Of a stretch of 64,000 nt of DNA, positions 51,240 through 64,000 are shown in pieces. The notes below the pieces were generated by a model. The model made no database searches. It saw only the letters and a list, made by a program, of their open reading frames with translations, and was not told the DNA's origin. The DNA is taken from positions 113,460,001 through 113,524,000 of the forward strand of contig OZ024740.1 of NCBI GenBank assembly GCA_964016885.1. Reading direction: 5' to 3'. Position 1 is the first letter of the stretch. Each line of letters starts with the position of its first letter. The position numbers and the translations under genes were made by a program. The DNA comes from Eledone cirrhosa. Taxonomy: Eukaryota.

Positions 51240-51920
51240 AAACACACCTTTGTGAAGAGAGACATGCGCAGCAGAGTTGGAAGTGATATAATGACTGGCA
51301 GGTGTGAAATCAGTTAGCTGGAATTTGCAGACGACATGCTGTCTTTTAACTCGACAGAAGGGGGTTCCGACTTGCACTGGTTAAATCTGATGCCGCGTGC
51401 TGCATGGCTATAATGAAAATCAATGCTGCGATACAATCATCCTCTCAAGGAAGCCTGCGCAGTGCCCTCGAGATGTGAATGGAGTTCCACAGAAGCAGGT
51501 AGAAGAGTTCAAGTATCTAGCGGCCGTGTGCACGAATGATGGAAGGCAGGTGGCTGAATTAATTGCAAGTATTACAGTAGCTGGTGCAGTAATGCGCGAG
51601 GAAAATGATACAGAAAAAGAGAGTAGGCGTAAAAGTTAAACTCACTATCGATTCGGAAATTCGTGCCAACACTATGGTTATGAATCTTGGGTAATGACTG
51701 AAAGAATACGATCGAGAATACAAGCGGCCGGAATCGGGTTCCTTGGAAGGGTGTTTGGAGTAACGGTACTCAATAGAGTGCGTTGCTCGGAGATCAGAGA
51801 ACCACTGCAGGTAGAGCCACTAGTTCTGTGAATTTAAAGAGCACAGCTCTGATACTAAGGGCATGAGGTTAGAATGTACCAGGAAATATTCACTGGACAG
51901 ATTTTACAGGCAAAGCCAAG
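51240..51920 (+). mobile_element. RTE-clade LINE RT/3' fragment, degenerate
   Basis: LEFADDML, KQVEEFKYL, YGYESWVMTERIRSRIQAA, RCSEIREPLQVEPL. Confidence 0.85.
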
Positions 51921-52066
51921 AAGAAGGAGAAGAAGTAGGAGGAGGGATTGGTACAGGAGGAGGAAGAAGAAGAGGACAGCTAGGAGGAAGAAGGGGAGGA
52001 GGAGGAGAAGAAGGAGGGGGAGATTATTTTGAATAAAACATTCCCACATCACCTTTATTATAAAGA

Positions 52067-52536
52067 CTAGCAAAAAAAAACACCCTCGGGTGGTTTCTGC
52101 TAGCATGTTTAGTGTGCATATTGATATTATACGCAGGTATATACATAAAATAAAATCATAATTGACAATATATAATACATAGAAATTGAACGAAGACTGT
52201 GTTACACTGTCTTATTTAATCAGTAACGTAATCCATGATACATTAAAAAAGACGATATTATATATAAACTGCATTAGGAGAAAATTAGTGACAGAAAATT
52301 AGTATGTATATTTAAGCGATGGCCAACCGGAAGTGTTGACATGTCAGAAAGTTTAAAGAAGTGAAGTGAATCTTTAAATAAACAAATATATTTAAATCAA
52401 CAGTCACGAAATTTAGTACATAAATTATGTAATATTCATTCATTATTTATTCAAATAATGCAACTTATTTTACTAATGTGATAAAAAATTATAAACCGTA
52501 CGCAGTCCCGCGCTCCTTACTTTATTATAGTTTAGA
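52067..52536 (-). mobile_element. Non-autonomous Helitron
   Basis: Minus strand starts A|TCtaaactataataaa and ends hairpin (cacccgagggtg)..CTAG|T; AT target. Confidence 0.6.
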
Positions 52537-52577
52537 TTGTTTTGGTTTTCAACTCTCATATCCAGAAAATATTTCGA

Positions 52578-52765
52578 TGGATTGGCAGTATCGGTAGAGG
52601 GTCGGACGCCATGCTTTGACGCATAGAGTTACCGCCCTTGCCATTCTGAACTCAAATCCCGCCGAGGTTAACTTTGCCTTTCATCTTACGGGGTCGATAA
52701 AATAAAATACCAGTAATGCACTGGGTAGTTGCTGGCCTTGTGCCAAAAGAAGAAACAATTATTAT
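52578..52765 (+). mobile_element. SINE family 1
   Basis: Family match. Confidence 0.8.
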
Positions 52766-53559
52766 TTCCAGATCGTTCTATTTGGAGAATGTTTCCATTT
52801 TATATAAGAAATGTTTTATAACATATTGGGACGGATATATTTATTAAGAGTTCTTTTTCTTTAATAGCTTTGTGTGATTATTGGCTCATCCCAGAATATG
52901 GTTGTCATTGACTAAACACTTTTTCGAGCTTATGCCTCCACCATCTCATTTCTGTCGGAATAACATAAAGCCGGCATAGCTTCAAGTGTATGAAGGCCTC
53001 TAACCCTGGTATGCCTGTAGATGTTTTTCTTTCTTATGTAAGACTTGGAGGCCAGTGGACAATGTCAAATAATGTTTCTTTACTATCTCCACATATTCTT
53101 CAGTAGCCTTATGTATGCTGCTTTATCGTTGCTTTTGATACTTGTACTACTGCTTATAACTTTCATAACGATGGAAAGTATTATTATCTCATCATGATAA
53201 ACATCACCATCATTTATAAGCACCAACATGATTGCTCAAACGCATAAAAAATATGAAAGAAAATATGAAATAAAAAATAATTAAACTTTATCTCAAAATT
53301 GAACAGTAAATTAAGCATGCGCATTGTTGACCAATGATATTAGTTAGCATTTAAAGCCCAATTGTAAATCGACTTAAATCTACACAATCTGGAATAAAGA
53401 TAATATTTATATCAGCTAGATTGCAATTAGTCACGTAACTGTGTGGCAGTAAAACAAGAATTATTGATTCTGCTGCCACGTGAGCAACAAAGGGTAAAAA
53501 TATGTAGCGAAACATTTCTAAACTAACTTAATTCTATGATTTTATCGTTGTTAGCTTTT

Positions 53560-53614
<55 letters not shown>

Positions 53615-53793
53615 AATATGTATATGTATATATACTCACACACATTAATGTATATATATGTGTGCGCGCGTGTGTGTGTGTACATATTTCTACATATGTG
53701 TTTGTGTATGTATAAATGTATGTATGTTTTTTATGTATGCCTTTGTTTCTCTATCTATCAGAGATAGCATCTTTGAGGGATTTTTGTCATGGC

Positions 53794-53898
<105 letters not shown>

Positions 53899-54077
53899 AT
53901 TTACGCACACACACACACACTCATTTACGCACACACACACATGCGCACGCGCAAACAAACAGGGCTAGGCACAATGAGATAATACACAACACGCCTGTTC
54001 TGCATCCTGTACCATAGAACGAGAAACTCCTTGTATAAATCCAGCTCTAAATAAATAATTTTAGATATATGCATGTA

Positions 54078-54112
<35 letters not shown>

Positions 54113-54164
54113 GTGCGTGTGTGTGTAAAATTACACGTACACACATACATACACAGACATATAC

Positions 54165-54246
<82 letters not shown>

Positions 54247-54701
54247 TTATCCCGTGTTCAATCGGGGGTAACGACAGTAAATAAGGTACTCAATACATAC
54301 ACCATATATATGTATATATACACGTTACTGATATATGGACGTAATTTCACGTAAATTAGCAAAAAATAAAAGAATCAAAAATAAAATACATGAAAAAAAC
54401 AACATAAAAGAAAGAAGAGAGAAACTTGTTATCGGCATCTCAGAAATTTCTTTTGCATGGGGTGAACAGGAGAAATTATTCCTCTCATTTTTTCCGTAGT
54501 TGCGTACGTTTGCTTCATACCACTGAAATTAGGCAAATGAGAAACACACTACCATTGCACCATGGCAGTCTTTTCTTCTAAACCGTTGACGTTAATGCGG
54601 AAAACTACTGATCAAATACTGTATGGCATCCTGTTAATGCTCCACCTTATTTATGGATCCCATCGTCTATATGTATGAATGTATGTATGAATGTATGTAT
54701 G

Positions 54702-54732
<31 letters not shown>

Positions 54733-54740
<8 letters not shown>

Positions 54741-55926
54741 CGTAAAATAAGAAAATTATAAAATTAACTTACTTACAAAAATATCACAACCAACTAATTA
54801 GTTTCTGGAATGGAGTAAATATATTTTCCGAAGAAGATATAAAGAAACATTCCGTCGTCAGGGAAGTCTATTCTCATCTAAGTTTCCAGGCAAAGCGAGG
54901 ACTCTGGAAAATTATTAAAAAATAATTCAGTGGATAGGAAATAGCAAAGCGTGGACTGAATTCCTAGCCATTGAGAAAATCACTGCCTCTGCGTCTGTGG
55001 CAAATTCAAAAAGAATCAATCACGTGACATCGAGGTCAATCAGTGGAAAGTGGTTTACTAATAAGACAGCGGCCTGCCTACTGCCATAGCAGCAGTCATG
55101 GCCAATATTGCTCGACAAATAATTTGGAGATAATTATAAAGAATTAATATCTAGTAACATATATATACATACAGATGCATATCAATGCTAGCAAATATAT
55201 AGGTTTTGTCTTAGTAACATTGTGGTTCAATGCACGGGGTTGCAGAACAATAATATGAGAGACGTAAAATAAGAAAATTATAAAATTAACTTACTTACTA
55301 AAATATCACTTCCAACTAATTAGTTTCTGGAATGGAGTAAATATATTTTCCGAAGAAGATATATATAAACATTCCGTCGTCAGGGAGATCTGTTCTCATC
55401 TAAGTTTCCAGGCAAAGCGAGGACTCTGGAAACTTATTAAAAAATAATTCAGTGGATAGGAAATAGCAAAACGTGGACTGAATTCCTAGCCATTGAGAAA
55501 ATCACTGCCTCTGCGTCTGTGGCAATTCAAAAAGAATCAATCACGTGACATCGAGGTCAATCAGTGGAAAGTGGTTTGCTAATAAGACAGCGGCGTGCCT
55601 ACTACCATAGCAGCAGTCATGGCCAATATTGCTCGACAAATAATTTGGGGATAATTATAAAGAATTAATATCTAGTAACATATATATACATACAGATGCA
55701 TATCAATGCTAGCAAATATATAGGTTTTGTCTTAGTAACATTGTGGTTCAATGCATGGGGTTGCAGAACAATAATATGAGAGACGTAAAATAAGAAAATT
55801 ATGAAATTAACTTACTAAAATATCACTTCCAATATTGCTCGACAAATGATTTGCTAAGACAAAACCTATATATTTGCTAGCATCGATATGCATCTGTATG
55901 TATATATATGTTACTAGATATTAATT

Positions 55927-55932
<6 letters not shown>
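54733..55932 (-). repeat. Retrozyme-like tandem array of ~522-bp units with a terminal fold-back
   Basis: Units start at 54733, 55255 and 55776; HHRs at 54787-54866 and 55309-55388; 55854-55932 is the reverse complement of 55657-55735; (TA)n flanks. Confidence 0.88.
55309..55388 (-). ncRNA. Hammerhead ribozyme of the 522-bp unit
   Basis: tcc-CTGACGA-cggaatg..cattcca-GAAA-CTAATTAG-TT-ggaag; the two-copy consensus stem I is cttcc/ggaag. Confidence 0.8.
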
Positions 55933-56003
<71 letters not shown>

Positions 56004-56236
56004 AGTGGAAGTTAGTAACATCGAAATTGCGGCGCTCGGCCAGCATCCACGAAAGATACAATTCGGAGCTTTTCACGAAGCACTCAATAAGAAGATATCG
56101 ATAAATTGGTAAGTTATATCTTAGAGTAATAAACATACGTTAAATGGCATGACATCTTGAAAACTGTGGTTAAGGGGCCGACGCCACAGAAGCCACCACA
56201 ACAACGAATATACAATCAGGTTAAAATAACAAACCT

Positions 56237-56282
<46 letters not shown>

Positions 56283-56285
<3 letters not shown>

Positions 56286-57106
56286 CCCACTGTACTAATA
56301 GGAAATGTGTTATATGTAAATTAAACCCCCGGGTAAACTGTAAAACTAGAAACGTAGTCTATAGCATAAGATGTACAGAGGGTACTTGCAGAAACAGGAC
56401 AACAAGACAGCTCGCAGCATAGGAGAAAGGATAGACCAACACTGGGAGGAACTAAAAGGACCATAGAACGGTCCATTACTATACGAACACGCCAGACAAC
56501 AACATGACGGTAACATAGACAACATAGAAATTAAAATAATATCTAAACATAGGAATGACACAGCAGATAGGCAAATCAGAGAGGCAAGCGAAATAGAGCC
56601 TAGAAGGCCAAAGCTAGACAGAAAAAATGAATGGAATAACAACAACACCCAAATAAACAATAGTGATTTAGGAGAAATATAGATAAATACATAAATAAAT
56701 AAATATATATACAAGCACAATAACAACAAACACATATAAACACACACTAGTAAACTAAGATAGAATACAATAACCGAAACACAGTTACCCAAACGCGAAC
56801 ACACACCAAACACTATACACACGCAAACGCATGCGCAGAGAAGAAGACAACAGGAGGAACATAATAGTACCACTGATGATGTTGCAGATGTGCAACGAAA
56901 GAACTTTGTTAGACTAGATATATATGTTTATATCTATATTATATCTGTATTTTTGAGTCGGTCTGTCAATGGTAAACATTGAGGACCAAATGAATTAACT
57001 GCGGAGATATAAAAGATATAGAAGCGAAAACCAACCAAACAGTGACTGCGTTCTGTTATTATTTCTGGCAATATTATTACAACAATATGACCCTCCCCAA
57101 GTATAA

Positions 57107-57110
<4 letters not shown>
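56283..57110 (+). mobile_element. PLE 3' remnant (GIY-YIG C-terminus, 3' UTR, degenerate HHR 56865-56916)
   Basis: NVVYSIRC..RSIGERIDQH..LYEHARQQH..RQIREASEI..RPKLDRKNEW; CTGATGA-t-gttgca gatg tgcaac-GAAA. Confidence 0.75.
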
Positions 57111-57159
<49 letters not shown>

Positions 57160-57161
<2 letters not shown>

Positions 57162-57775
57162 AAAATTAAGATAGATTAAAAGAATTCAATCAGAATCGAA
57201 ATTATTGTCTTAAAATTCTCTAAAAGGCTAGAAAATAAATTCCCAAATACGGGCGCGAAATTTAATGAACTTGTACATATGACAGAAATATTTCGTTTAT
57301 AACCAATCAAATTACCTTTTTAAAAAAAGCCCTCGTGAGCCACTTTTTTAAAGTAAAACGAAATTCAAACACTCATATATGTAAAAACAACCTGAGCCCC
57401 CCCCCCCCCCCCCACACCCCTTTGCTTGAAGAACTTTGTAACGGAACTGGCGCGAAATTTATTATACTTATTGACCAACCAATCAAATTACTTCTCTAAA
57501 AACCTGGCGTTTCGAGCCACTTTTTTCTATATAAAACAAGTAACATTCAAAGACCAACCAGATGTGAGAAAAACCACAGATCCTCCATCTCAACTCTACT
57601 TTTGAAAAGCAGAAGAACTGCGAAACCGATAAAGGAACCAAATAAATATATATATTTAAAAAAAATAAGACTCCAGTTGCATTTTCGATTTCATCTTTTT
57701 TCTTTATACTTTCACTCGTGTAGGACCTCGGTTTTTTTTTTCATTTTGTAAAAACACCCCACTTTCTAATATATA
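57160..57775 (+). mobile_element. Solo pLTR/3' end of the 40738-46935 PLE
   Basis: Matches 46455-46935 plus the 41860-41925 extension. Confidence 0.85.
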
Positions 57776-57976
57776 TAGAGAAACGATCGACTTTCGTCAA
57801 ATCAGATCGAGAAAACAAGGTTTCTGGTAGTTCCTTCCAGTTGGTAGTACTATCTATCGCACGCAACTCCAGGTAGAAGGAGCAGCGTGAAATAAAGTGT
57901 CTTGCTCAAGGACATAACGCATCGCCCGTTGCATTTTCGATTTCTTTAAATATATATATATATATATATATTATAT

Positions 57977-58041
<65 letters not shown>

Positions 58042-58406
58042 CATTCTGATCTGTACTACCCCAAAACGACTGACTAAACATCCACGATCTTTTCCCCTAT
58101 AAAGAGTTTTCTTTTCCATTTCTCACGCTTTTCAATATCTTAATCTGTATAACTTATGTGGAAGAATGAACGTCCAAAATATTGCGCCACTTTTCGTTCT
58201 ACCTCTAAACTCATACCTTCTTTGTAATGTATTGTCCCGCTGAGATAGTTTTCTTCGTTGACATTTCTCGTATATATGTATATATATTTACACACACACA
58301 CACACAGACACACATATATATATATATGTATATATATAATATATATATATATATATAAAGTGCATGTGTCTGTTTTTAAAATGTTTTGAACATGTCAGTA
58401 GATAAC

Positions 58407-58586
58407 TGTTTCTACTTTAGGCACAAGGTCAGCAAATCCCCAGTGCATTAGTGGTACTTTATTTTATCGTACCCGTAAGGATGAAAGGCAAAGTCAACCT
58501 CGGAGCGTTTTGAACTCAGATCGTAAAGTGACGTAACTATGCAGGAAAGCATGGCGTCCGACCCTCTACCGATAATGCCAATCCAC
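58407..58586 (-). mobile_element. SINE family 1
   Basis: Family match; TSD atgtcagtagataac. Confidence 0.85.
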
Positions 58587-58619
58587 CGCCATATGTCAGT
58601 AGATAACATGCCGGAAAAT

Positions 58620-58620
58620 T

Positions 58621-58663
<43 letters not shown>

Positions 58664-58754
58664 CAGCAGTAGCACTAGTAGCAGCAGCAGCGGTAGTAGA
58701 AGTAGTAATAGTAGTAGTAGTAGAAGTAGTAATTGTAGTAGTAGTAGCAGCAGC

Positions 58755-58812
<58 letters not shown>
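58620..58812. repeat. (GTA/GCA)n trinucleotide microsatellite
   Basis: Direct reading of the sequence. Confidence 0.95.
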
Positions 58813-58815
<3 letters not shown>

Positions 58816-59083
58816 AGTGCAAGTAAAACAAAACATTTAAGATGACATCATCAAGATGAACATCATCATGGTTGTGATGGTGAATATCAGATGATCATCA
58901 TAATCATCGTTAACCTTATCGAAAACAACAACTGAAATAGCAATAATCAAACTAAAAATTCAATAAGAACAATAACATGGCATTCATCTGGTTTATATCA
59001 ATAGTCTTCTGGGAACATTGCAAAAGAAAAAAAATACATATTTGATGCTGCAAATAAAACAAATAACTTATATAAAACATCCA

Positions 59084-59131
<48 letters not shown>

Positions 59132-59266
59132 ATAATAATAATATATATGTATATATACACACACACATATATATATATATATATTTCCTATATACATATA
59201 TATATATATATACACACATACATATATGTATCTATCTATCTATCTATCTATCTATCTCTCTCTCTA

Positions 59267-59300
<34 letters not shown>

Positions 59301-59339
59301 CACATATATATATATATACATATATATATATAAACACAC

Positions 59340-59444
<105 letters not shown>

Positions 59445-59483
59445 TATATATACATATATATACACACACACACACACACACAT

Positions 59484-59532
<49 letters not shown>

Positions 59533-59868
59533 CTATACATAATAAACAAAATCCAAATGTAACAAGGAAAGGACGCACACCAGTATTGTCACCAGCTCCA
59601 CGGAATCGGCTTGACATTTATTCACGATAAGTACTTTCGGTTAAGTCAATACGTTCTACTGATATGGGTAACTTATATAACAGACATTCATATGGCATTT
59701 TTGTTATTTTGTGCGTGCTTGCAGGTCACAGAAGATTAATTCACAGCAAGATATTCTAAGTGAACCATGTTTGGAAATGACTGGCAATGCCATGCTCTAC
59801 ATACATACATGTATACATCGTAGTATATGCGTATATGCGTATATATATATATGTATGCACCCAGTATA

Positions 59869-59906
<38 letters not shown>

Positions 59907-60053
59907 TATATGAAGGAGAGAAGTGGCTGTGTAGTTGTTAGATAAGGTATGCTTAAAAATAAGAAGAGACCAAGAACGGGAGAAGTTATCCCCCATCAGT
60001 TGTCTACTGGGGTTCTCGGATTTATCTACGCATTTATATATATGTATATATTA

Positions 60054-60127
<74 letters not shown>

Positions 60128-61155
60128 TTATATTATATATATATATATATTTAAATATATGTGTATGCGAGTATGTGTGTGCGTGTGTGAATGTATATAT
60201 ATCTCTCTATATATACACAGTTCAAGAGTAAATTATCTTAAATAGAGAGATGGAGATAGGAGAGGAGAGATTGGTGAAGGTATATATATATATAACTGGA
60301 ATTTGACTACTATTCTGTTATTTTATGTATTAATCCAATGAAGCAATGCTCAGCTGTTCTCTCAAGAAAGAAATATTCCCACCGAGGCGACTACTATTGT
60401 ATTATTTATAGAAGTTAAATATGTTTAGGCGGCAGCATATAAACATCATCTAAAATCAACCCAGATGTATTGATTGGTGAGGAAGTGGGGTCTGTGAAGC
60501 TAAATTGACCCTAACGAAATTGCACGAAATGCTCACGTGAGTAACTCTTCCGAGGGTAGAACATTAACCAATTGATTACAAGTCATTAATTTAACGTTCG
60601 CATAAAAGTGAGCTATGTTAAAAATAAAAATGAAGAATTATCCCCAGCTTTACATATTTTCTCAAGTCCAATACACAAAGAGTTACACAGAGCCAGAAAT
60701 ATTCAGATGAACGTAAACAAGCATATAATTATAAAAGTTCCAATCATCTCACAACAGTTTAAATCAATTTATCGTGCACCGAAATTGTAAAAAACAGCAA
60801 CAACACCGACAACAAAAATAACAGCACACATAGGAAAGGGTTTAATTTATAAAAGCCTTTAACTCTCACTGAAATGTATTTCATTTATCGAACGAATTCA
60901 AACATGACGGCCACATCCAAATGATCATTTTATAAATCTCCGTTATATTTCCATAAATAATAGTCTCTGCACGAATAAGATAGTCAACGTTTTCAGTTTC
61001 TGCTCTTTGTTTTGCCTATTTGTTAGTGTTTTCTCCCTAACACCAAAATGACATGTAATAATTTATTAGAAATATAAAAACCACCAAGCTGAAAAATGTT
61101 TACAGAAAAAAACTCCTGAAAGAATTTCTTTAATAATACACACACATATATATAT

Positions 61156-61252
<97 letters not shown>

Positions 61253-62874
61253 TTGTTATGCATTTTCACTAATTTACTAGATCCCTTGACGCAAATTATG
61301 CGAGTAGTATAAGGCCACACGGCTCATGTATGATAGTACTACACCACACTCTTAATTCAATTTGACAAACTGTCCGATTGTCTATGAAATATATTTAACT
61401 ACTTCTTTCAGTTCAGGGCTCTGCATACAAATCATTCCAGACACTCGCATGTCTACCATAAACAATGATAACAAATATAACAAGAACAACTGCCATCATC
61501 TCAAACAATATGAAAAGAAAACCAAAAACAAAATTCAATCCCCCAAATAAAAAATTCATGTCGGTGATGATGATGGATACTCTATCCTTCTCGACGATGA
61601 ACATTCAGATTTGGTTTCTTGAACGTCATTCTCGGATATTATCGTATTAGTGTTTGAATATTCCTCAGCCAAGTGTACCCATCATGTTACTTCTCAAGCC
61701 GAATCAGCGTAACAGAGTAGACTGGCCCTTTACAGCTATTATTCATCTAACGAGTTTCCTAGCAGGATACATCTCCGGAGTTTCACTTAAAAGATTTCAA
61801 TGGATCTGCGGCTATGGTAAAAACACTTGCCTAAGATGCCAGGCTGTGAGTTTGAAGGCAGGATCTCATGATTACGAGGTGAACGTCTTACTCCAAACTG
61901 GCCTGCCGTTGGAAAGATATAGTAGCCGGCTGTTATACAACCAAAGACCAAAGTTAATGCCATGGGAAGCAGGGTGGGGGATGTATATTGTCAGTGAAAT
62001 AGCCATGCATTTCCCAACGGTGGTAGTGCAGTAAGACAATGAATCAAGAAAGCAGAAGCTATCTAAGGTTATGGCCTGTCTTTCAAACTTCTCCAAGTGC
62101 ATTTCTGCTGACATCTATACATCAGAAATGTATTTAAACTACCGAAGGATGTTAAAAGTACCAATTATTATTATTAACAAAAGTAAAATTACAAAAGAAA
62201 TCTATAACAGTAAAAGCGATCCCCCCCCCCCCCAAAAAAAAAAATAGACTGCGTAGTTATGTATATTTTAAATTTTAATTTTGTATTGTTAATTGTAATA
62301 CTATTTGCATGTTTGTTACTGTTGTTGCTGTAATCGTTTATTACAAATATTTCATCATTACAACTACAAAAAGAAAATAATAATAATAATTGAAAAATAT
62401 GCATTGATGACACTAGCGCTTTATAGGAAACATTTACAGAAATGTGGTAATGAATCAATTGAATTCTTTTACTTAAAGCGTTGGGAAATAATACCGAAGA
62501 AATGAAAGAGAATCTTTATGAACGCAATGAACGAAAATAGAATAATTATTACAATATCACTATACATTAACAATCAGATGTATCTAAAAATATACATTGA
62601 ATTCACAAGGAGACAAATATAGTTTAGTTGTGTGTATTCAATCAAATTTACTCAATCACAAAGTAACACTCCAAGAGATTTCTTCGAATGTAATAAAACA
62701 GCGACATATTTAAAGAAATATTCCTCAATTGAAATACAGTTACATGTATTATTACAACACAATTGCTTAGTTATATGAGAGGATGTTTCTTCTCTTCTAA
62801 ATGTAATATCTAAAACTTTTTACCTTCAAAAACGAAAACACATGTATATATGCGGTGGGGGGAATTATTTGTAT

Positions 62875-63017
<143 letters not shown>

Positions 63018-63719
63018 TACACACACACACACACATATATATATATAAATATGAAATATATATATCCATACATAAAATATTCTTCGGAGTATTAACATCG
63101 AATATGAATCTCAATTGTGTTATCATAACAAGAACATAGACAGTGCAACATTTTGATATGTGAAAAGAACTATATTTTTAAACTCAATTCTATAAAACTA
63201 TATAATCAAATGCCAATTGTTTGGGAACACAGATATTTGATAACATTTAGAATGTATTTGATGAAAGGAGATATTATTTATGAATCCAAACCAATACATA
63301 TTTCAACACACTTTTATAAGGTATGTGGAATTAGAACATAAATAACGAAGTCTTAAAACAATATAAATTCACACTGCCACGGCTTCTGCTAAATTTAAGT
63401 GTATATGTTTTGTTCATGGACGGCATGATATGTCGTGGAGTGAAATATTTAAATGTAACATAGAACATGTGACCTTCGCTCACTGCGGAGTTTAAACAGT
63501 TAAATATAAAGAAATATATCCAATTATTCACTGAATCACATATAAGCTATGCTGGTGCAATCACGTATTCATATCAGAAATTGAATTTTTATAGAACTTA
63601 AACTTATCCGCAGTCGTTGTAATATCACTCATTCTAACCATTCTTTTCTTTTCTCTGTATGCAATCTTAAATACTTATATACACACACAAAGACACACAC
63701 ACATACATATTATATATAT

Positions 63720-63802
<83 letters not shown>

Positions 63803-63915
63803 AAGATATATCAGGATTAAACCAACAGAGTACGCGATACATGAGATAGTAGTGCGATTATAGTAGAGAGCCAGGGCCTGATGGCTGGACTGGTGTAATT
63901 CCTTAAAGGTTTATT

Positions 63916-63973
63916 ATACTATGAACATTTCAATGACCGTGTTCAGTATGAATCCGGTGACATCATCAGGTAT
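63916..63973 (-). ncRNA. Family A hammerhead ribozyme (pLTR 63880-64000)
   Basis: atac-CTGATGA-..-GAAA-tgttca-TA-gtat. Confidence 0.75.
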
Positions 63974-64000
63974 TCGAAATTTAATAAAGGAATATAATCC

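Noticed and set aside
58448-58831. Poly-Ser / poly-Leu ORFs
   Set aside because: (GTA)n microsatellite plus a SINE
59600-62200. Possible host exons or further HHRs in the unique-looking sequence
   Set aside because: No convincing ORF or splice-bounded coding signal; HHR-like pieces at ~59620 and ~59995 lack complete cores

Overview
AT-rich, microsatellite-dense animal DNA; TTAGGG repeats, the SINE types and (TA)n density suggest a cephalopod such as octopus (inference). I find no host protein-coding exon; the window is a transposon graveyard. It holds a near full-length but disrupted Penelope-like element (PLE; RT + Zn-finger + GIY-YIG, 40738-46935) and a second copy of it at the left edge. 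It also holds two Naiad-type PLE remnants, another GIY-YIG remnant, Helitrons, a mariner, a Tigger carrying a nested telomeric-repeat MITE, RTE and RLE-type LINE fragments, and two SINE families. The main hidden signal is RNA. About 30 minimal type I hammerhead ribozyme (HHR) motifs from more than 10 families, folded by eye, occur in PLE pseudo-LTRs and in non-coding elements inserted in (TA)n tracts. Two non-coding tandem arrays look like retrozymes (315-bp and 522-bp units, one HHR per unit). Both fold back into inverted copies at junctions within about 2 nt of the predicted cleavage site. The 315-bp family and the autonomous PLE both use the rare compensatory U3-A8 catalytic core (UUGANAA), which a standard CUGANGA search misses.
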